DNA of 10,074 nucleotides from a virus (Duplodnaviria; Heunggongvirae; Uroviricota; Caudoviricetes): IMG/VR virus record IMGVR_UViG_648276668_000010; one strand, 5' to 3'. Shown piece by piece: positions 6,601 to 10,074 of this stretch (position 1 is its first letter; each line of letters starts with the position of its first letter). The notes under the pieces were generated by a model. It saw only the letters and a program-made list of their open reading frames with translations, ran no database searches and was not told where the DNA came from. The position numbers and the translations under genes were made by a program.

Positions 6601-9600
6601 CAATGGTATCGCCCGGCATAACGGAACCAAAAATCAGCGTTCCGCCATTGAACCCAAGACCGCCAATCTGCTGAACACCGGAGCCAACCGTTGTGATATT
6701 CCCGCTTTCAGACATCAGCATTGCATGGGTTAACCCGCTCGTATTCAGCCCTTCCAGAGCAAAGCTACTGGTACCCAGCTTCAGAGTTCCGGCAAATTGA
6801 TCCCCGACGTTATGGCTGAATTCAAAAGCAGATGTGTCGGCATCAAGACGGGCAGACAGTGTTCCTTTGCCTGTTAACAGTGGATCAAAGGTAAAGTTGC
6901 CTGCAACTGCAGGAATAATGGCCAGTTCGCTGCCCGATTCAATATCGACGGACCCCGGGCCGGTCCCCCCATCGGTCAGCACAAGAGCTTCCTTCAGAGT
7001 GACAAGTGAACTGTTCTTCAGCCCGACATGTTCAAAATTCTGTAGTTTTACAACAGAATCCAGCGTATGAATGGCGTTATCAAAAATCAGGGAATCAGAA
7101 TCTCCCTGCCCGCCATCCAGCAGGTTCCAGGTTGCCCCTTCGCCTTTAATGGTGAAGGTGTTCTTCCCGGTACCGGCAGTAACCTGATCAACATGAGCCT
7201 TACCATTGAGTGTTACATTATTATTGCCATTTCCTGCAGTCACTTCTCCTGTCAGTGTGCTGCCATCATCAAATAAAAATGTATTGTTACCCTCTTTTGC
7301 ACTGACGGTTCCGGTAATACTGCCTTTATTGGTGAATGTGTTATCACCGCCGTTCAGAGCCACAACCCCCTGAATTTCAGCACCGCTGTCATTCAGTACG
7401 GTGGTATTCACTGCGTCATCAAACGCCATTGCAGTCCCGGTGGCGGACGCAGCTTTAATCTGACCTTTATTGGTAAAGGACTGTGCTTTTGAAGCATCCA
7501 CTACGGCATGACTCAGAGAAGCAGAGATGAGATTACCGCTCTGAACCACTTCACTGGCCGCATTGTTAACCACCAGAGCGGAACCGCCATCGGCCTGTGT
7601 AACATTGACACTTGCACCACTCTTCACGACAGCACCATCTTTAGTGTTGGCAAAAATACCCGTGCCGCCCGTGCCTTTCAGATTAATGACTAATCCAGCG
7701 GAGTCAGACATATCCAGGTTATTATCGGTTTCACTTCCGTCAGCTTTCTGGAACGCCAGTGCAATTCCACTGCCGTCTACATTAATAGTGCCGCTGTTGG
7801 TCTTGGCCAGAGAAGCAGAAGTCCGCACACCAATGCCATCAGCCACATTAATTTCAGTCGTATTGGTTAACTGAATGCCTTCAATTTCTGCACGGTTCTC
7901 AATCCCGTGACCGACCGCACCTGCAGCATTAACATTGATTTTCGCACCATCAATAACCAGCCCCACAGCCCCTGTATCCAGCAGGATGCCATGCGCATTT
8001 TTCTGACCTTCGATCGTTCCCAGGCCACTCCCTGCCAGGTTCAGTGACGCGCCCGCCCCCAGCTTAATGGCAGCCTCACCATCCACAGCGACGATATCCC
8101 CTCCCGTGCTGGTAATCTGAGCGTGTTCACCTTCAACAAATAATGCAACGCCATTGACCGCTATACGGCTTCCTGTATTTTCAAAACGACCATTATCAAC
8201 CCAGACGCCGATATTATCTGTACCGGTAGTGAAATCAATGTTGCCGCTGTTAATCAACAGTCCCTGATTACGCGTAATAAAGCCCTTGGCATTATTCAGC
8301 GGCGAAGAGATATCTGCCTCATTGGTAATAACCGAGCCAGTATTCGTTTGTGTAATACTGCCATCCAGAGCGTATTCATTTCCGTCAACTTCCGCGACAA
8401 CAGCGCCATCCCCTACAAGGTTAACTGATGCCCCCTGTTTCAGCGTCGCTGTCGCACCACCAGTTACATATAATCCCTGAGCCTGAGCCCCCAGGATCTG
8501 GAAATCACTGCCAGCATCAGCCAGGACATTGCTCCCTTTCCCTGTGGCCCAGATACCACGGCTGCCTGTCCCGGAGGTTTTCATCAGCAGAGAGCCGGCC
8601 TGTTTTGCCCCATCTTCAATACGGAAAAGTACAGAACGTTCCCCACTAGCATCCAGCAGAGTTCCCGCTGCAATATTCGTCTTAATGGTTGCACCATCTC
8701 CGATAATACGAAAAGCAATCTGATCGGTAATACCAGAGCCGTCAGCAGCAAAGTTCGGTACTGCCGAACCATCAAGGTTAACAGTCCCTTTATTGCTGGC
8801 CTCAACGCCAATCGCCCCCTGTCCCTGCAAAGATATAGTACCCGCGGTCATATTAACCGTTGTTGTTGTACCAGATGCTTTTATACCCGTTGTACGGTTA
8901 GCATTATCTCCCCCCTTGAGAACGAGATTTCCCGAGTTATTAATCGTTGTAACATCTTGTGTGGCATTAGCAATTAGTCCCACACCACCATCCTGAACTG
9001 TAATATTTCCGCTGTTGGTACCAACAGCCCCCTCCTCAACCCGGACGCCCACTGTATTCTTTCCAGTAAAGATGATATTACCGGTATTATTTAGAGTGGC
9101 CCCATTACGGGCGATATACCCGGTCACTTTATCCTGGGTGGAACTTAACTGAGCCCCCGCCGTTAATAGTGTGGTCTTGTCCTTCGGATTAATGAGTTTG
9201 CCGGAAATATCATAGCCATTGCCATCCGCAATACCGGCTATCGCACTGGCATTATCCATATTGATAATGGCATTACTTTCAATTGTGCCCTGCGCTCCCC
9301 CTTCAATTAAAGTCGCTGTAGCCCCCTCACCCGTCAGGTTGATGGTCATTCCTCCAGACGTTACTGTCGAGGCCACACCGCCATCCGATTTTCCCGTGGC
9401 AATAAGTGCATAAGAGTTCTTACCAGACGCCGTAAGTGCAGAAGAAGCATCTGCAGTTCCCTGGAATGTCGCACCGCTGGCAATACGGAATAATGTTGAG
9501 TTTTCAGTGGACACATCCATAACACCGCTTCCGGTATTATGAATGGCAGAGTCCTTTCCATAGACATAAAAGCCTATCTGATCGCTGCTGCCAAATAGCA

Positions 9601-10074
9601 CTGCACCATTGCCTGACAGGGTCAGACTGCCGCCATCTTTAGCAAAAACCCCCACAGCCCCCGTACCGGCAAGACTGATTTTTCCGGATACATTAACATT
9701 GCTTCCGGCACCTTCCACCCAGGCACCATAGTTACGGAAACCACTACTGATACCCTTGCCGCCAACATTTATCGTACCGTCAGATTTCAACTGTCCTGCA
9801 TTGATTACCTGTAGCCCGGTGCTGTTCAGACCATTAACATTGATAATCCCGGAGTTTTTCATCCCGGAGCTATTATTTGCCAGCATGCCAACATTCAGTG
9901 CAGGTGCATCACTGTCATGACCGTCAATAGTGATATTCCCTTTATTTACCACATCAACAGTCCCGGCATCCTTTGCCAGGATTCCGTAGTTCCCCTGAGC
10001 CCCCCTGCCCAAAAAAAATAGTACCTTCATTAACGACTTTGTTTGCACCATTTTGTACTTCAATCGCAACAGAA
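3680..10074 (-). CDS. Giant AIDA-I-type (type Va) autotransporter adhesin, >2100 aa; N-terminus beyond the window end; apparent frameshift near 10000-10018
   Basis: Single 6.4 kb open frame. C-terminal ~290 aa has beta-barrel character ending in an aromatic residue (…LGIKYIF). A Pro-rich PQ linker and a pertactin-like region (…AGAWEYFLHKGNAGGTDGNWYLRSE) precede it. The passenger is Gly/Asn/Thr/Ser/Val-rich with degenerate beta-helix-like repeats. No SPATE GDSGS protease motif. Confidence 0.9.
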   Translation of the reverse strand, partial: LLRLKYKMVQTKSLMKVLFFLGRGAQGNYGILAKDAGTVDVVNKGNITIDGHDSDAPALNVGMLANNSSGMKNSGIINVNGLNSTGLQVINAGQLKSDGTINVGGKGISSGFRNYGAWVEGAGSNVNVSGKISLAGTGAVGVFAKDGGSLTLSGNGAVLFGSSDQIGFYVYGKDSAIHNTGSGVMDVSTENSTLFRIASGATFQGTADASSALTASGKNSYALIATGKSDGGVASTVTSGGMTINLTGEGATATLIEGGAQGTIESNAIINMDNASAIAGIADGNGYDISGKLINPKDKTTLLTAGAQLSSTQDKVTGYIARNGATLNNTGNIIFTGKNTVGVRVEEGAVGTNSGNITVQDGGVGLIANATQDVTTINNSGNLVLKGGDNANRTTGIKASGTTTTVNMTAGTISLQGQGAIGVEASNKGTVNLDGSAVPNFAADGSGITDQIAFRIIGDGATIKTNIAAGTLLDASGERSVLFRIEDGAKQAGSLLMKTSGTGSRGIWATGKGSNVLADAGSDFQILGAQAQGLYVTGGATATLKQGASVNLVGDGAVVAEVDGNEYALDGSITQTNTGSVITNEADISSPLNNAKGFITRNQGLLINSGNIDFTTGTDNIGVWVDNGRFENTGSRIAVNGVALFVEGEHAQITSTGGDIVAVDGEAAIKLGAGASLNLAGSGLGTIEGQKNAHGILLDTGAVGLVIDGAKINVNAAGAVGHGIENRAEIEGIQLTNTTEINVADGIGVRTSASLAKTNSGTINVDGSGIALAFQKADGSETDNNLDMSDSAGLVINLKGTGGTGIFANTKDGAVVKSGASVNVTQADGGSALVVNNAASEVVQSGNLISASLSHAVVDASKAQSFTNKGQIKAASATGTAMAFDDAVNTTVLNDSGAEIQGVVALNGGDNTFTNKGSITGTVSAKEGNNTFLFDDGSTLTGEVTAGNGNNNVTLNGKAHVDQVTAGTGKNTFTIKGEGATWNLLDGGQGDSDSLIFDNAIHTLDSVVKLQNFEHVGLKNSSLVTLKEALVLTDGGTGPGSVDIESGSELAIIPAVAGNFTFDPLLTGKGTLSARLDADTSAFEFSHNVGDQFAGTLKLGTSSFALEGLNTSGLTHAMLMSESGNITTVGSGVQQIGGLGFNGGTLIFGSVMPGDTIASNSIETSAAGTLDIRGKGTIQVTMPDEVINDIPAVDTRKNLLEQDDAQTLVTLVNAAGTVTGTGGQLQLVDENGQAISHSQTFDVTQGGEVVAQGNYDYKLLGSSDGIKGDGLYIGYGLKSLDLQGTGDKALVLTPRANAQGLQTDLGAQLTGAGDLAIEAAGQVVTLSNGGNNYTGDTLVRSGTLQMANDNVLGATGNLNVASNAVFRTNGYSQTVGVLQTETGSHIQLDSGSVLTVSGTQRQPGDDNGGVIENNVLSGEGTLAVTGSDLTVHGTNIGFTGNASLTQGALVEMNGAQGLGSQGSISFESLSDRLAIDIADGSGVSSNLSKSLSGEGSVGILNTTDLTLSGDNSNFSGEFRVQKDAALRASDEKHLGTGLIDSDGVTWLTASGNWLLKNDITGSGALVKQGAGNLIINHELTYTGDTTVENGVLIVGDDSVTRAAGATLSGSKNIHVLNGGTLSGLGTVSGQVNNQGTLASLNALSGYETAEASNFTVGSLTNTGVIRLAGGKTGNTLTVNGDYTGGGTLIINTVLGDDTSATDKLIVTGNTSGDTGVVVNNVRGQGAQTADGIEIVHVGGHSDGNFRLQNRAVAGAWEYFLHKGNAGGTDGNWYLRSELPPEPQPQPQPQPQPQPHPTPDKPVQKVYRPEAGSYIANIAAANTLFNIRMHDREGETYYTDVFTGEKKATSMWMRHIGGHNRWKDSSSQLNTQSNRYVVQLGGSIAQWTDGQDRLQLGIMAGYGNEKSSTTSSLSGYKSKGAINGYSTGLYGTWQQNDGNDNGAYVDTWIQYGWFNNTVNGEKLAAESWKSRGFTGSVEAGYTFKAGEFIGSQGSHYDWYIQPQSQITWMNVRASEHTEKNGTKVQLSGDGNIQSRLGVRTYLKGKSASDDNKAHQFEPFVEVNWIHNTRSWGVKMDNTALSQDGATNIAEVKTGVQGKLSDNLSVWGNVGVQAGDKGYSDAQAMLGIKYIF
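3683..4668 (-). other. Autotransporter translocator unit (linker plus C-terminal outer-membrane beta-barrel domain), approximate bounds
   Basis: Region after the PQ linker through the C-terminus (…NTLFNIRMHDREGETYYTDVFTGEKK… to KYIF) shows the alternating aromatic/hydrophilic pattern of autotransporter beta-domains. Bounds estimated by eye. Confidence 0.7.
4694..4729 (-). repeat. Imperfect hexanucleotide tandem repeat (CCN-CAR)x6 encoding (PQ)6 inside the Pro-rich linker PPEPQPQPQPQPQPQPHPTPDKP
   Basis: Plus strand reads CTGTGGCTGCGGTTGTGGCTGCGGCTGCGGTTGTGG; the minus-strand translation is PQPQPQPQPQPQ. Lies between the pertactin-like region and the translocator. Confidence 0.85.
4745..5100 (-). 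other. Pertactin-like autochaperone/junction region of the passenger, approximate bounds
   Basis: Sequence …GGTLIINTVLGDDTSATDKLIVTGNTSGDTGVVVNNVRGQGAQTADGIEIVHVGGHSDGNFRLQNRAVAGAWEYFLHKGNAGGTDGNWYLRSE resembles the conserved C-terminal passenger region of AIDA-I/pertactin-type autotransporters. Confidence 0.5.
10000..10018 (-). other. Homopolymer pair (C6 at 10000-10005, A8 at 10011-10018 on the plus strand) at an apparent reading-frame switch in the autotransporter
   Basis: Upstream of the tract a different minus-strand frame gives passenger-like sequence (SVAIEVQNGANKVVNEGTIFFGQG…), while the track frame gives LRLKYKMVQTKSLMKVLFF. Removing one base from either run joins the two into …NEGTIFFGQGAQGNYGILAKDAG…. 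Confidence 0.45.

Noticed and set aside
3878-9567. Many 60-170-aa ORFs on the plus strand and in alternative minus frames within 3680-10074 (e.g. 4499-5011, 5439-5870, 6362-6733, 7563-7874, 8584-8811)
   Set aside because: All lie inside the long, well-supported autotransporter frame. Their translations are low-complexity or atypical, as expected for spurious antisense frames in a gene this long.
3680-10074. Possibility that the large protein is a SPATE serine-protease autotransporter, a trimeric autotransporter, or an inverse autotransporter
   Set aside because: No GDSGS protease motif in the visible passenger. The C-terminal domain is a long monomeric-type beta-domain at the C-terminus rather than a short trimeric anchor or an N-terminal barrel. 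The Pro-rich linker and pertactin-like region fit AIDA-I-type adhesins.
1-10074. CRISPR arrays, rRNA genes, intact tRNA genes, IS elements or transposase genes
   Set aside because: No regularly spaced direct repeats, no rRNA-like sequence, only tRNA fragments (att core and T-arm motif), and no transposase-like ORF or terminal inverted repeats were seen.

Overview
The window reads as Escherichia-type chromosome with two parts. Positions 1-2665 are the right-hand end of a KplE1/CPS-53-like prophage integrated at tRNA-Arg (argW): a 5'-truncated phage gene, the HD-domain gene yfdR, a PAPS-reductase-like PP-loop gene, a small hypothetical gene, the excisionase/RDF gene torI, and a 15-16 bp attR core matching a tRNA 3' end. 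After a ~440 bp AT-rich non-coding spacer, the minus strand carries a two-gene module: a giant AIDA-I-type autotransporter (>2100 aa, 5' end runs off the window) followed by a Skp/OmpH-like periplasmic chaperone gene. The chaperone gene has no in-frame signal peptide; a 22-codon hydrophobic mini-ORF overlaps its start codon out of frame. The autotransporter also appears to change frame at an A8/C6 homopolymer near the window end. Both anomalies sit at homopolymers, so sequencing error, pseudogenisation and slipped-strand phase variation are all open. No rRNA, intact tRNA, CRISPR array or IS element was seen. All calls rest on reading the sequence and recalled family features; no database search was run.
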